Source of the DNA: Rhizodiscina lignyota
Lineage: Eukaryota
Direction: 5' to 3'
Length of the DNA: 64,000 nt
Assembly (NCBI GenBank): GCA_010015805.1
Contig: ML978125.1
Location: forward strand, 1,736,001-1,800,000
Shown here: positions 36,655 to 50,872 of the stretch, one piece after another
How the letters are laid out: each line of letters begins with the position of its first letter
Numbering within the stretch: position 1 is the first letter of the stretch
Notes under the pieces: model-generated
Seen by the model: only the letters and a program-made list of their open reading frames with translations
What the model was told of the DNA's origin: nothing
The model's database searches: none
Position numbers and translations under genes: made by a program

Positions 36655-38488
36655 TTAATAGAGCAACTGCTGAATGATCTCAGGCGAATTGATGAATGCA
36701 CACCTCTCTCGCAATCTCTGTTCACTTACAGCTGGGATCGATCGCTGTCCATCCTCCGCATAGAGACCTTCATACGGTCCACCAATGACAAAGATATCCG
36801 TCTCGTTAGGATGCGTGTATGCCGGGGCCCATCCTTTCAGCGTGTCATGTCCGGCAAGCGAAGGATGTCCTAATGCTGCAAAAGTTGACCAAGATCTGGA
36901 CTCCCGGTTCCGTAGGGCAACATCGGAAGCGTTGACATTGTACGGGAAGTTATCGATATTATAATGCGAGAGATTGCCGAAGGCGTAGGCCATCTCCGAC
37001 GTATGTATTACTCCCAATCCAGGCTGGTCAACGGAGGCGAAGACTTCTCGCAGGACTGTCTGGTTCTGATCGTAATAGAAGACATTGGCGCCTTTCTCGG
37101 CAAGCGCCTGGCCGTAGTGGATGGGCTGGCAGGTGAAGATTATGTCTCTTAAGATTCTGCCAGAGCGATAAAACTGCGCGGACAGATTCGCAGACGGGTT
37201 GTCGAAGAACTCCGACACAGGATACAGAGAGATAAGTTTGTCAACGTTGGCGGCAGTGAATCCTGGTAGATATGCGGAGAAGAAGTTGAAGTTGTCGGCG
37301 GTGCTGTTGATCGAGAAGTTCGTGAACGGATTTGCATCATCCTGCGTCCAGCCTATTATTGTCGAAATGTTGCCGAAACGACCCTCTGAAATCAACTGTG
37401 AGGGTGCGACAGGTATGAAGTCTCCATCGACCACAGGCATCCACTGGTCACCCAGGTTCTGCGCTGGCCCGTCTCCGGAAGTGTTGAATTGTGCCGTGAT
37501 CAACGTTTGCATGCTTTGACTTCGAAGACAGTCCACGGTCTCACTAGAATCTAGACTGGTAGCATTGCAGCCTATGAAATCGAGAACATTCGCCATAGCA
37601 TCTCGAGTGAAGTTTGCGGTGATACCAGGCTCGAGCGCTTGACTCTCGCAAATGCCCTGCTGGAACGGCTGATCGGTCGAGCCGTAGGCCATGATTTGCA
37701 GACCAACGGCTAAGCCTGTCGCAGAATGAGTAAGTATTCTCCGGAGTGATACAGTGACCTTGAGCCTCACCTCCAGAACTTTGGCCATATATCGTGATCT
37801 TCTCGGGATCACCACCGAAGGATGCTATATGATCCCGAGTCCATTCAATGGAGAGACGTTGATCTTTTAACCCTGCATTTTCAGACCCTTCGGTTTCTAG
37901 AGCTTTGGATTGAGCAAAGCCGAAGACTTTCTTCATTAGCCAGCAATTCTTACATTTCTGATCGTTATTGTTCCACTCACCTCCCAAGCGATAGTTCACA
38001 TTAACGGCGATCACAGGGTAGCCATTGGCAACAGATTGTAGAATCAGCCCTGGAGGTTGTGAAACAAGCTCATCCTTCGACCCTCCGACAAAACTGTCCC
38101 CGTGAATGAACAGCATGACTGGCAGTTTGTCTCCGGCCTGTGTACCATTTGGACGGTAGACATTTAATAACAGACAGTCTTCGGAGACTTCAGTTATGTT
38201 AGATAGGTAGAAGGGATATGAAAACACCTGACCCAATTGCTGCGGACACGATGGGCCTTGTTCATGGGCGTTAATGGTCGACCCAGGCGTTGGGGTATAT
38301 GGTTTCGGGTTTTTGAAGCGGTTTGAACCGGAAGTGTCCTGGCCGTAGTGTATACCAAGGAAGGTCTCAACATGACTACGATATACACCTCTGTAGGTGA
38401 CATTGCAGCTGGTGTCTACGGCTGTTGGAACGCCCGCAGCGGCAAGGGACCAAGCCGAAGCCCAAAGCAGAATTGCAGCCTTCATCAT
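36655..38488 (-). CDS. Secreted type-B carboxylesterase/lipase, 3 exons
   Basis: Signal peptide; FLGIHYG, SEDCLLLNVYRP, NYRLG, NAGLKDQR, FGGDPEKITIYGQSSG, HTSE. Confidence 0.92.
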
Positions 38489-39408
38489 CGGTCGTAGGCC
38501 ATCCAATGGTGAATTTGACATTGCATCTAGACAAACAGAGTGGCGGCATTCGATAGCACCTAATAATTTATTAAAAATCGAAGAGACGACGGCGCTCGGC
38601 GTCATGGGTGTTGTGGCACCTTCCTAATCGGGATGAAGATCGAGAGATTGAGGTTTTGTTCATTGTTTCCCTCATTTCGGTAGTGCCATTGATTTTAAAG
38701 TTACCAGGTCCAATGGCATGGAAAGTTCCGAACCATAGCCGATTCAGCCTGTGTTCCTGAAAGTGATCTAATTCGATGTTCGGAGGTCCAGCCTACCATT
38801 CGCCGTCTTTGTCCGTTGGCCGGGTTGACGCAGATCGATTTTAAGCTAGACCTGAGATTTTAGTCTTGCACGTATTTCATACTTCTTTTTAAAGTAGATG
38901 AAATAGAAAGAAAGTTTGAAATCGAAATCAAGATCGAATTTAGGATAACGAACGAACCCTGAATAATGAGAACGACAGATTGTACATCACCGGCAGACTC
39001 AGTTGGGGTGGAAGACTCCGGGGCGTCGTGGTCTTACCCAGTATCCTTCATCAACATTTGATCTTGGAGTGATCACAATGTTCACATCTGTCTCGTGTGA
39101 ATGATCTTAGACTTTCGCAAGTTGTGATGAGGTTTCCTTTGCAGAGTAAGATTGTGGCGTTCCGGTTCTCGGATTTAGCCGAGTTTCATTAAGAACTCAG
39201 TGTGCAATGTGCTTCTACCAACCGGCGCTATGCAGTAATAACTTCACAGTGAAAGATCTTATCCATCCTGCGAAGATAGTGGGTGCACCAATCGACTATG
39301 GCAACCACCTTGATCGCAGTGAACCAAGCTCCTACAATGGGCGTGTTGCTTTCCAGGTTGCATGCACAAGTTGAAAGAATGGTATCCGGCAAGAGAGATT
39401 ATTGCTGA

Positions 39409-40479
39409 TCATACAAGTACGGCTCCAGCAACTGCGGCCATAGCCAACAGCCCTAAGCCTCCGGTTTCCCTCGGCGCAGCTCCCGTCGACGACGCACTGC
39501 TGCCGCTCGCACCACTACCACTGCCGCTGCCGCTCGCACCCGTCGCAGAAGCCAACTTCTCAGCTCCTCCAGTAATCGTGACTGACCCGTACGACAGCGC
39601 CATTTCCGTTGTCAATGCCGTTGTCATTGTGCCCGAGCCCTGCACAGACTCGGACAGCCTCTCAACACAGCTAGCAGAGCTCGTGCTCGACACGGTGCAG
39701 CTGAGTGTAACCTCTTGGCCCGCCTGCGAGAAGTTGGCGCCGAAGAAGCTCTGTCCTCCCATTGTGATCCATGGCTTCAACGGTCCTATGCCGCTGTCTG
39801 CACCAAACGGGCAGCTCTCATTTTTGTTCTCGCCAGTTGCGCAGTCGATCTGGTAGATTGTGGTCGAGGGGCCGGCGCTGACGACGGACGCGGCGAGCTG
39901 CTTAGGATCGACTTCGGGGAAAAGGATTGCCGCGCTCGTCACAGTGGCTGACGCGCCGGTGCTGGAAGCGCTGTTGCTCGCTGGCGCTGCAGTCGCGGTT
40001 GCTGCACCGTTCAGCTTCTGGGCGCCGGCAGTGATAACAACAGGGTAATAGGTAATCTCGCTCGCGGAGAGCTCGGTGGTAGTGGTGCCAGGGTCGTTCG
40101 CCTCAGCGCCGCCAAACGATTGGGAGCAGCTAGCAGATGTGGTGCCGGCGACGTCGCAGCTCCATGTTGCGCTGAAGTCACCTTCGGTCATGTTCATGGC
40201 ATAGAAATTTTCGCCAGCAGTTACCCATTCGTTGAACGTTCCGCAGTCGTTTGAATCAGTTCCTTGCAGGTGTCAGTAACGATGGAAGGTGCTTTGACAA
40301 GTTGCAATAAGTTCTTGCGTACCATCTGGGCAATTCAAAACGTAGACTGTCGAAGTTGGGTTGGCTTCTACTACAGAGGCCACCAGTTTCTGTGGATCTG
40401 TGTCAAGCAGGAGAAGAGAGACGGTTGAGCTCTGTGCACAAGCGACAGTCGCAAGACTGAGCAAAGATATTGCTAGCAT
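39409..40479 (-). CDS. Predicted GPI-anchored cell-surface protein with two tandem Cys-containing domains, 2 exons
   Basis: Signal peptide, Ser/Thr-rich linker and C-terminal hydrophobic GPI-type signal. Intron ~40263-40322. Confidence 0.8.
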
Positions 40480-41357
40480 CTTTGAAAGGAAGTCCGAGTT
40501 GTTGCAATACTAATACAGCCGTGAAGTGTAATGTCGTAACGAGTGACTTTGAAACGAGAGGCAGTGGTGAAGAACGAAAGTTGGAAGATGTCGCGCGAAA
40601 GAATGATGAGACTGGGGGAAACTTGAAAGTGGAAAAGACGATTATACATACGCCAAGCGCCACCTTCGCAACGGCTTGGTTGCTTAGATCTAGTGTCTCA
40701 CACGAGACGCGCCCTTAATAGCGGCGTTAACCACATAGGGCACAGACGGAGTTTGCTGGAATGAAAATTCACGATGGTCAGGGTTCAGGGGCTGGCCACC
40801 GTCGTGTTCTGGAGCGGGAGTGGCTTGGCGGCCGCTCTAGCCCGATCGAGTCATGCAAAAGGGGTACCTGCATAGATGAAAAAGGCTTCCTCGGCTGCGG
40901 CGAAACCGGTGATACACTCGCGCGAAGTTACGAAGCGCAACCTCGTCAAAACGAAGCGTGGTATTCCGCTCTTGGCAGCAGTAGAGGGTTTCGCCACGGA
41001 TGGACCCATGGATGTAACTCTCGGCGCCAAGTTCATCCTCATTCGCTAGTCCGTTCCTCGGAGGAGAGGCGCTAAACACCATGCTATCGTAACATCGTCC
41101 CCTTCTTCAACGTGCAGGGCGGAGAGCCCTATATGTCCTGTCTAGATCTTAAAGGACCTTCGATTTTCAGCGCAGCAAGAATATTGCCTAAAATATTGGT
41201 GACAAACGGGGCCCCAGATTCTTAGGGAACTGCATTGCAAGCGGCCACATGACGAACTCAAATCCATTTCATAATCGAGCTGAACGACGCTGTTGGCAGC
41301 AGAATTCAAGTTTAGCATCGATATTGAAAAATGAAATGGAGCCTTAATAAGCAATAA

Positions 41358-43188
41358 TCACTGCGTCGAAAACTTCCCCGGTTGATCAAGCGCCTTGATC
41401 CTCCCCAACATCAGCTCAATAACCCTATACGAACTGCCTGGAGCATACTGCGGCTGCTGATGGCCTGCGTAGTACGTCTGATAGAAGGTAAGTCCCCTTT
41501 CGGAACCCCATTTCCCTACATATCCACTCGCTGCCAGACTTCCCTGATTATACTCCTTGTGATACGGCACGAAGAGTTGTCTGTCACCTGGATATGATTG
41601 GAATCCTTGCTCTCCGTGCCATGTCATGTTCTGTATAACAAGCAGGGTACCATTCAGCGGTAGGATGTAGTCCAGAAGCCCAACCCCGATAATTGCGTTT
41701 TTCGTGTACTCAATCACACGTTGCAATACGCCATCTTGCGCCGGACCGAGCGATTGATCTCCATTGGGTGGAAATACGTTGACGTTTGTGCACTGTTGCC
41801 AGACGGTGCCGACAGGAGCATTGATGGCGGCTTGGACGTCGCGGCGATTGAAGTACGGGACTTCTGGATTGTACAGCAAAGGGCAGTAGTCTGTAATATG
41901 ATAGACGTTGAAACAAGGATTGAGCAGGTTAATCGCAGAGTGTACGATATTGTAAGTCGCGCAGCTACTGTTCCGTGCTGGTGCAGGAAGCACAGGGAAT
42001 GAACCTTTCGGCGGTGGAAAGTTTAAGTACTTCGACATGTACGATTCGTAGCCGCATGATGAGTGAATGGAGTGTAAGTGTTCCGTGAACGTCTCATTGA
42101 AGTTGAAGATCTTTGACCAGTAATCAACGTACGGGCTCATTATCACTGGCGCGCTCGTTAGCAAAAGCCTCTCAAAGAAACATCGCCCACGCTCTTTTAG
42201 TATATTGACGTTGAACTCACCATCCTGCTGCACAGTATTATCGCCAATGATTGGGTCGTTGATCGCAACACCCTTGAGATTGTAGTACGTTTCATCTTTG
42301 GCACCAATGAACGCGTCTGCCACATACGGAATGTAGAATCCTGCGTAACTCTCTCCAGTGATATACATCTTTCGATTTTCGAGCTTGAACGCTTTGACGA
42401 AATTCTTCCAGAAGCCAATGAATTGCTGGCCTAGCTCGACTTCGTTGGAGATATCTGGGGTGCCTTGCGTGAAGCCGACACCGACTGGCTGTTCCACATA
42501 CACCATGTTGGTGAGATTGACCCAAGTATAGGCGTTCTTCGTAAAACCTTGGGTGCCCGTCTGCCAAATAATTGGGCCATTTTCATGAATCAAGCCGGTC
42601 ATTGAGCTACAGCCCGGTCCGCCGTTAAACCTAGCAGAATATCAGAATTGAGCTGGGATAGAGAATGCATTGCCGCTCACCAGATTGTGATTTCATCCGT
42701 AGCATTTGGATTCTCAGACGGGAAGAACCTTCAAAACAGAAGTTAGTTCGTCAACCAAGTACGGTCAGAAGAACGGCACGCACCAAAAGTACAACTCCCG
42801 TGTCTCATTTTGCTTGTCGCTAATCGGCAAGAGCCCAGCATAGGATTCTCCAATGTCGAATGGGATGTCTGGAATGGCTGAGCCATTTACAACAAATCCT
42901 ACACCTGATAAGCAACCAAGATATTAGACCCAGTGGCAGAGCTCACGGACGTTCTGTATTGCTGTTGAGATATGGCGAGCTGCTGTGAACTGCGCGCGGA
43001 GAAGAGGCACGTTCATCCAGGCGGTAAGGGGCAGCTCGAGCACCGAGCGCGGGCTCTTGTGGCACCCAATCGGCACCTAAGCCGGGTGCAGGGTCTCGAG
43101 GCTCCAGTCGCATAAACGCATCTCGAGGGTGGCCACCAATGGCGTTGCCAACGAAAAGCAAACTGGATAGCAAATATGATTTTGCCAT
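41358..43188 (-). CDS. Secreted serine carboxypeptidase (S10), multi-exon
   Basis: Signal peptide; IGESYAGLLPI, NGGPGCSS, VEQPVGVGFTQG, catalytic TGESYAG and C-terminal AGHQQP. Confidence 0.93.
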
Positions 43189-43702
43189 TTTATGTATCAG
43201 ATATTGCCCACCCCTTCAAACCAAGGCAGTTCGGCAATCAACTGACACGAATTTATACGTGAACTGAATATATTGACGCCCATCATTTTCCCGATGTCCT
43301 GGGATATATCTCCCCGACCGAAGCTTAGGAAACCAAACTCACTCTCTCGAAGAGGAAGGCGATGAAGACTTATCGCAGCATATCGTCAACTATCAGTAGA
43401 ATGGTGCGAGAAGACGTGATATACCTCCGCTTATTGGGCATCGCTTAACTGCTTGTAGATCAGTCTCTTCCTTCTTGGGTTTTGCCTAATGACCAGCAGG
43501 AGAATTGCATTATGTTTAACAAAATACAGTGTCGATCAATGTAACGGTTGCGACTAGTATTGGAACTTGTTTCTGTCTGTAAGGGATTGCGGAAGTAGGT
43601 ATACCGAAAAGTACCTGGATTGGCTATCGGAATCTAGTAGAGATGCAACGGGAGTTAGCCATTTCAATTCGACCTCCACCAACAGCGTAACATTCCATGC
43701 AT

Positions 43703-45260
43703 CTATAGCCTCGCTTTCGGGTTAAGTTCCAATTCGGAATCAGGTACGAGCGGCACCTTTTCCAGTGCCCTTGACCCTTGGCTACCCTCCATAAGCACGT
43801 TCAATGGCTTTTGATCTTTCTGAAGCTGTCTCCACTTCCAGGCTTTGAGAGCAGGTCTGTCCGGTCCAACACCCTCGATCCTGTCGACCACATAATTGCC
43901 AATGACTGGCAGAAATTTGAAGGCATGGCCGCTTCCTCCAGTGGCGACCATCAAACCTTCCCTTTCGGGGACCCGGTCGATGACAAAATGATTGTCAAAA
44001 GAGTCCGTGTACCAGCAGACTCGTGTCAGAAAAATGTCGATTCCCTCTGCCTTTAGCTCTGGAATAAACTCATTCAGAAACTTTGTGATGACTTTTAACG
44101 CCTGTTGCGGAATAGCTTTGAGGTTCTCTTGGCTCTGCCCTGGAGACGTAGACCATCGCGTAACAGGAACACTGCGCTCAGCTCCGTCATGCTGAACTCT
44201 TGGGTTCGTGTACTTAGTACCTCGATAGCCAATCTTTAAAACTCCGTTTTCATCGCGTGGAAAGCCGTAAAGACCGCCTTCGGCACCCTCGCGCATATTG
44301 TACGCCCAAGTAGGGAAGTTTTGTGGTGCAAATCGTTCGAACAAAGGTGATTCGCGAGGAATTCTGAAATGAACAACCGACCCTGCAGTAGTCTCGCACA
44401 AGCCATCCAATTCTGGGAGAATAGACGGGGTCCAGCCGCCACAAGCTAGAACAGTAAGTGCCGCTTGATGCACTATACCATCTCTTGTCTTGATGCCTGT
44501 GACTGTCTTGCCGGATTCGTCGTAGCACAATGACTCAAGAGCGCCCCTCACAGGATCAAGCACTGTATGGACACCGAGGGTTCGTGCCTTATGCAATGCG
44601 AATCGACACGCTTTGTCTGCGACGGCCATGCCACCAGTGCTGTCCAGCACTCCGACATTCTTTTTGCCTCGATCTACTCGCTTGAAAGGGTCCATAGCAA
44701 ATCCGAAGCCTTTCTTCTCCGCCATAGCAAGGTGGCTGGGATCAGTTGTACTAAATTGCGTGTCCTTGTGGCCAGCAGCGTCCATGCCCGAGATAGTAGC
44801 AAGCTCAAACGCAGGGAGTTCATCGGCATCGAGCAGCGACAGCTCCCCGCAGTTTACGAAGACGCGGTCCGTCGAATTCATTCCCGGTGGTACTGACTTG
44901 CTGCTGGCAAGTTCCGAGTTCCATGCGTTCCATTCTGATATTGCCTCGAGTGTGAGCTGTTGGTACTCAGTCTGCGGGCCATAAGCAGCTCGAATGATTT
45001 TGTTAAAATCTGCAAGGCAAAGTCAGATGATGAAACAGAATTGACAAATGCAGAAGTAGAGAGTTGAGGTTAGAGACACCTGCAGAGGCAGCATCACAGC
45101 CATTGAGATAGGAGTACAATGTCTTCTCATACGGTTGTTTATCGAAGATTGTCACGTTCCGATAGCCACGTCGAGCAAGATGCAGAGCGGTACTAAGGCC
45201 GAAGACACCTGCTCCAACGATATTGATTGGCGTATCCTTGTCTATAATTTTTGAAGGCAT
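43703..45260 (-). CDS. FAD-dependent oxidoreductase (sarcosine/pipecolate/fructosyl-amine oxidase family) with PTS1, 2 exons
   Basis: IVGAGVFGLSTA, AASA|DFNKIIR, CWYTDS, ATGGSGHAFKFLP; C-terminal ARL. Confidence 0.92.
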
Positions 45261-45540
45261 TGTAGGATGGTCAGTAAGTTCTATCGATGCAGAAGCTCGT
45301 TGCAGCCACTGCACTGGTCACTAGTGGCGTTCAGATAGGGACGGAGCCAAACCTTCCGTTGCACCCAGCCACTTTCCGCTCCCAATCCCCTGGTAGGGCG
45401 GAAATTTGGTGCATGCATGAAAAGCAAGCTTCAAGCTCCCAGCAGAGCTCCGCGGCGCCGAACTGGTAAATTTTTTACGCTCGACGCGAAGCTCTCCTAC
45501 AACGAGTCTCCTTACTTCTTTCTCTCTACTACCTTCTACA

Positions 45541-47100
45541 ATGTCGTCAACAATCATGATTACGTCTCGCGCAATTGCACGGCAGGCCGCTGCAAAGCCG
45601 TTGCGCGCCGTTGTCGCCACGCGCGCAGCTTCAACGTGGTCTAACGTTCCTCAAGGACCTCCAGTAAGTGTTGACAAACCGCCGAGTAAATACAGGAGTA
45701 CTAATATAATTAGGATGTATGTAATCTCGAAGTTGCTGTCTCGTCTCATCTAACTAAGTACCTACTCTTCTACAGGCAATTCTTGGTAAGCCTCATTGAG
45801 CTTGAAAATATTGACTCCCGATGCTAACTAGTGCTACAGGTATCACAGAAGCTTTCAAAGCCGACAGCCATTCCGAGAAGATCAACCTGGGTACGACACG
45901 CTCAAATATCTGCATCTTCGAGGCAATTGACTCATTTTTGAAGGTGTTGGCGCCTACCGCGATGACAAGGGCAAACCTTACGTCCTCCCCTCCGTCAAGA
46001 CCGCAGAGCAGAAAGTCGTAACCTCAAACCTCGATAAGGAATATGCTGGTATTACTGGCGTGCCGTCCTTCACCAAGGCAGCCGTTCTCCTCGCCTATGG
46101 ACCCGACTCCGCACCCTTGAAAGAAGACTGCATTGCGGTCACTCAGAGCATCTCCGGTACTGGTGCGCTCCGCATTGGCGGTGCGTTCCTCGAGCGCTTC
46201 TACCCCGAGGCCAAGGCAATCTACATCCCTACACCTAGCTGGGCGAATCACCAGGCCGTCTTCAAAGATAGCGGCTTGAAGGTGGAAAAGTATCGATACT
46301 ACAACAAGGAGACGATTGGTCTCGACTTTGATGGCATGGTTGCGGACATCAAGGCAATGCCCAAGAAGAGCATTATTCTACTGCATGCCTGCGCCCATAA
46401 CCCAACTGGCGTCGACCCCACGGAGGAGCAGTGGCGAGCAATCAGCGACGCCGTAAAAGAGGGAGAGCACTTCCCCTTCTTCGACATGGCGTACCAAGGC
46501 TTTGCCAGCGGTGACACCAACAAGGATGCGTATGCGCTGCGCTATTTCATCTCTCAAGGCCATACTCCGTGTCTGTCTCAGAGTTTTGCCAAGAACATGG
46601 GTCTGTATGGCGAGCGTGTCGGAGCCTTCTCTATGGTCTGCGCTTCGGCTGAGGAGAAGAAGCGTGTCGACAGCCAGATCAAGATTCTTGTCCGACCTCT
46701 CTACTCGAATCCCCCAGTCCACGGTGCTCGCATTGCGTCTGAGATCCTAAACGACGCGACTCTTAACAAGCAATGGCTTGGTGAAGTGAAGGACATGGCC
46801 GAACGCATCATCAAGATGCGCGCATTGCTGAAGGATAACCTCGAGAAGCTGGGTAGCAAGCACGACTGGAGCCATATCACGTCTCAAATCGGCATGTTCG
46901 CCTACACCGGTCTCACGCCAGAGCAGATGGACACTCTGGCCAAAGAGGTAAGCTGAGTCTGCTTTCTTTATGAGTGAGAACGCTGACGTCTCGTACAGCA
47001 CTCCGTGTATGCCACGAAAGACGGCAGGATATCTGTGGCGGGCATTACGACAGACAATGTCAAGCGCCTAGCAGAGTCTATCTACAAGGTCACCGGTTAA
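45541..47100 (+). CDS. Mitochondrial aspartate aminotransferase, 6 exons including 3-nt and 10-nt microexons
   Basis: Arg/Ala-rich presequence; [61 protein letters not shown]. Confidence 0.95.
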
Positions 47101-49754
47101 ATTTGACATGGCAAATACCCTCTAGCGTTGCAGCCTGAAGTCACAAGCCCGATCGTCATCCTATTCAGCTCTGTAGCACCTGTTGTTGATACCTTGCATC
47201 ATCTATAGACCTTCCCGTTAAGTTAGACCAAAATGCCTGATTGTGCCCAATTGTTGAGTAAGATGGCAAGCTAATACAGTCGATCACTGGCTCTTTTGAC
47301 CCGCGCCGTTGTCATGGAGACATCTTCGTGAATCCTTCGACGTCACTCGCTGTTGAGATGCTGGTGTCCGATCCGCTCCGACACTGACTGATCGTCGGTA
47401 TACCGCTGGAAGCTTGATTCCTCACGACCTCTGAGGCCGGAATAATTTGTAGACGTAAAGGAGGGGCATAGGATGATCGTTACTGTTCGAAGCCTGGTGG
47501 CCGCGCTTTCTGGACCCTGAATTTGCCCACGCCCTGCCGTGTTCTTCCAGAATGGTTCGAAAACCTGTGAAGAAGCAACTGGAGTCCGCCGACTGAAGAT
47601 CAGGTGGCCGTAGTTGAGGTCATGATCGAGCGGCTTGATCGCGTGCTCGCAAAGGGCAAGCAGTGACAGCGCGAAAACTTAGTTGAGGTCCATAATGAGG
47701 AGCTGTGGAACCATCGTGGGCCTTTTCCTCCATGGTGGGCTCAATATATCATAGTTTCCGTCGCCTGACGTCGGGTGAACCGGGACAACCATTCTTCCTC
47801 TACACCACCACGGCAAAATATAGCAGGAGGAAGACAGATGAGGCTCTTCGCAGGCTTCCTTCGGGGTCAAGATGCAGGAAGCTTTGACGCTTCCCACCGC
47901 CGATCACTGCACGGCGCATCACCGCTTCCCCTGTCCTGCGTAAAGTTGCATAGCGCGCCATCAGGACAACCCTCCCAACCACGGCGTCTGCATAAGCGAG
48001 GCCATGCCTCTTCCGAACCTGTCAGCTCTTCTCGATCGCGGCCTCCTCGCCGGGAGACATTCGGAATGCTCTCGAGATCGAATGCGAAGCAGCGGAATCG
48101 GGCAGTGTCGCCGTGCAGCGTGGGTTTTCTGGCAAGCGGCTTCTGTACCAAGCAATTGCCCTGCATTTCAGCGGTAGTGTAGCACTTGACCTTCAGCTTA
48201 GTAGCAGCTTGATCTCTCCTGCTGGAGCGCGGCAACTCTGTTCCGAGAAATTGGCTTGGGCAGGTACTTGCAGCGCGCTTGCGGTGCCGATGGTTGTGCT
48301 TGTGGAAAGGGTCCGTTGCCGTCATTGCTCAATAGTACATATACATACAGCCAGGCCTGGTAGTGCATCGCACCGGAACTGACTCCGGGAGGGGCAAGGG
48401 GCACGCTACTCTGAAAGAGTTGTGCGCCTACACAGAGGCCTCTGAGAAGGGAAATGGGGAGCGTACTAGCCTGCCGAAGACGGAGAGGCACACTACACAC
48501 GGTTTGTCCAGCGTCGACCTCTTCGTCTTTGCGCGGGCGATGATGCAGTAGTCTTTAGCTAGAGCCTGCACCACGTTTTCCTCGAGCGCCGATCTTGCGC
48601 AAGAAAGGGATGACGTCGGCTGACGTATCGTTCCCGGGGCTCCGTGCTGTGGTGCTCGTTGGACCCAAGGCCTCACGTCGCGACGCCTCCTTCGCTTGTA
48701 TATCCATAGAGAATGGCGCGGGACGGGCTTCTGGCTGGGCATAGGCGTATATGGGAGCAGTCTCACGAGAGCAGATGCCTGTTGGCTGCAGAAATGCCCG
48801 GAGGCCGCTGTATCTGTGCCCTGAATTAGCCCAATGTCCCCCGTTCTCCCTAGCTATACAGCCCACAGTGGGACCGTAGTACACACCCCCATTGATTGTC
48901 GTTTCCCGTTCCCTCCTCTCGGGAGAGCTCTGGGAGAGTCAGTTCCCGCCAGGAAGGATTGACATGAGCCTCTGGTTGACCGCAGATGCTGTATTGCCAT
49001 GGCGCGTAGATCAATGTGAGGCACACCGGCGTCTAGAAGACTCTTTTCGCCTCCAAGAGAGGGCGAGCAGCAATTTGGATTTTAGGCAGCGTAGAGCGGA
49101 GCCAGGGGTGCAGGTTGTAGAGGTTTAATAATTCAGAAAAATAACAAGGACGTTGCCCCCGCTCTTGCACATTTTCTGCGTCTGAATGCAAGAAAACCTG
49201 CCCACCACCGATACTTGCCGCGTTCAACCACCTCACGCATCTTACCACCTGCTTCGAAGGCATCGAACTCCGGCCTCCTTCAAACCACTGTTCTCCTACA
49301 ACCACACGCCATACTAGTGGTGCTTAATCTCCCCTCTGAACGACCCCCGCCGCCTCATACCCACGCCATCCTTGCCACCCCGAGTGCCGTCATCGAGTCA
49401 ATCGTCTCGAGTCTCTGAGCTTTCGGATCGGCCCTTCTCAAGCTCCCCTGACTTCCAATATACCTTGCTCAATTTTCTTTGTGTGATACCGCGCCTCATT
49501 TCCCTTGCTGTCGTTTCGAGCTCGTCTTGCCTCCTCAGCAGCTCCATTTCAACTCTCCTGTGCGTCCTCGATCACATCAGAACCCAGTCGGCCGGCCGGC
49601 TACTTGGCTCCGAGGAAGAGTGTTTGGTACAGAAGTTTGTGACGAGCCCTACGTCACACAGCCGAAATTTAAACACGGTGTCACGGCCTTTTCCGAACAT
49701 TGAACGTCGGAAGCCACAGAGGGTTTTCGAATAGTAAATTTGGGCGTAATAGAT

Positions 49755-50459
49755 ATGGCGGACGCAAAGGTACTTGGGCAAAACCCCGCGGACCACTAGT
49801 CCACTCTCAACCCCCACCAACGGTATCTCAATTGCGATACCATCTTCGCGATGCTAATACGATCGGCTCTCTAGAGCGAAGGCAGCACCGGCCTCCCTGA
49901 TCCTTCGGGTGAGATTGTTGACCAGGCGACTTTCTCTCAGATCCTAGAGATGGACGAGGATGAAGATGAGCGCGAGTTCAGCAAGAGCATTGTTTACGAC
50001 TTCTTCGAGCAAGCCAGAAGTACTTTCGATAAGATGGACAAAGCTTTGTACGCCCTTACTGTCCCCCCTCTACCCCGTCGCGTCGTTACGAACATCTTCT
50101 ACTACGTCGCAGTTTCTGGTTGCCTCCCAAACTTAGATCCTTTGAGCCTACACCATTGACATTGATGGTTTACTGACCCATTATCTGTTCTCGTCTACAG
50201 GAAGGAGAAGGACTTGGCCCAGCTGTCGCAACTAGGCCACTTCCTCAAAGGCTCTTCTGCCACGCTCGGCCTGACTAAAGTCAAAGACTCGTGCGAGAAG
50301 ATCCAGCACTTTGGCGCACGAAAGGACGAGACAGGAACGCAAGACGAACCAGATGACTCGAAGTCGCTTAACAAGAGTGGCCACTCTGTCGGCCAGGCAA
50401 GACACGAATTCGAAGAAGCGGAGAACCTGCTGAAGAAGTTTTATCACGACAATGAGTAA
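49755..50459 (+). CDS. YPD1: Histidine phosphotransfer (HPt) protein, 3 exons
   Basis: TFSQILEMDEDE..REFSKSIV; LSQLGHFLKGSSATLGL.KVKDSCEKIQ with the phospho-His. Introns 49770-49874 and 50048-50200. Confidence 0.93.
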
Positions 50460-50872
50460 TCATACGACTATGGAAGAGAACTTGAGAGCCATGGCGTATC
50501 AAGTGGGGTTACAGGAGACTACATTCATCATGGAGAACCTGATGGCTTCGGGCGTCTGGCTTTTTCGTTTGGGTCCCTGCATCTGGCGCGCTGCACCTTC
50601 CTTTGCGCATTTGTTGGGTTTTTGCCATGAGGATGAAGAGTGCATTTCGAGTAGATTTTGCTTTTCGACTATCCACTACCCCGAAGCGGAGCCGTTACCC
50701 TTTTACCATTACCGATGTTGTCGCGCTCTGTCTACAGTCTCATAATCGCGTTTCACGATGAGCTGATAGACCGCCAACGCCGAACTCCGGGCCACCATGG
50801 CCACTAGCTATGCGCATGTGTCGCTCTTGACACCAACAACTGTCCTGTCCTTCCTGTTACTCGAGTCTAATT

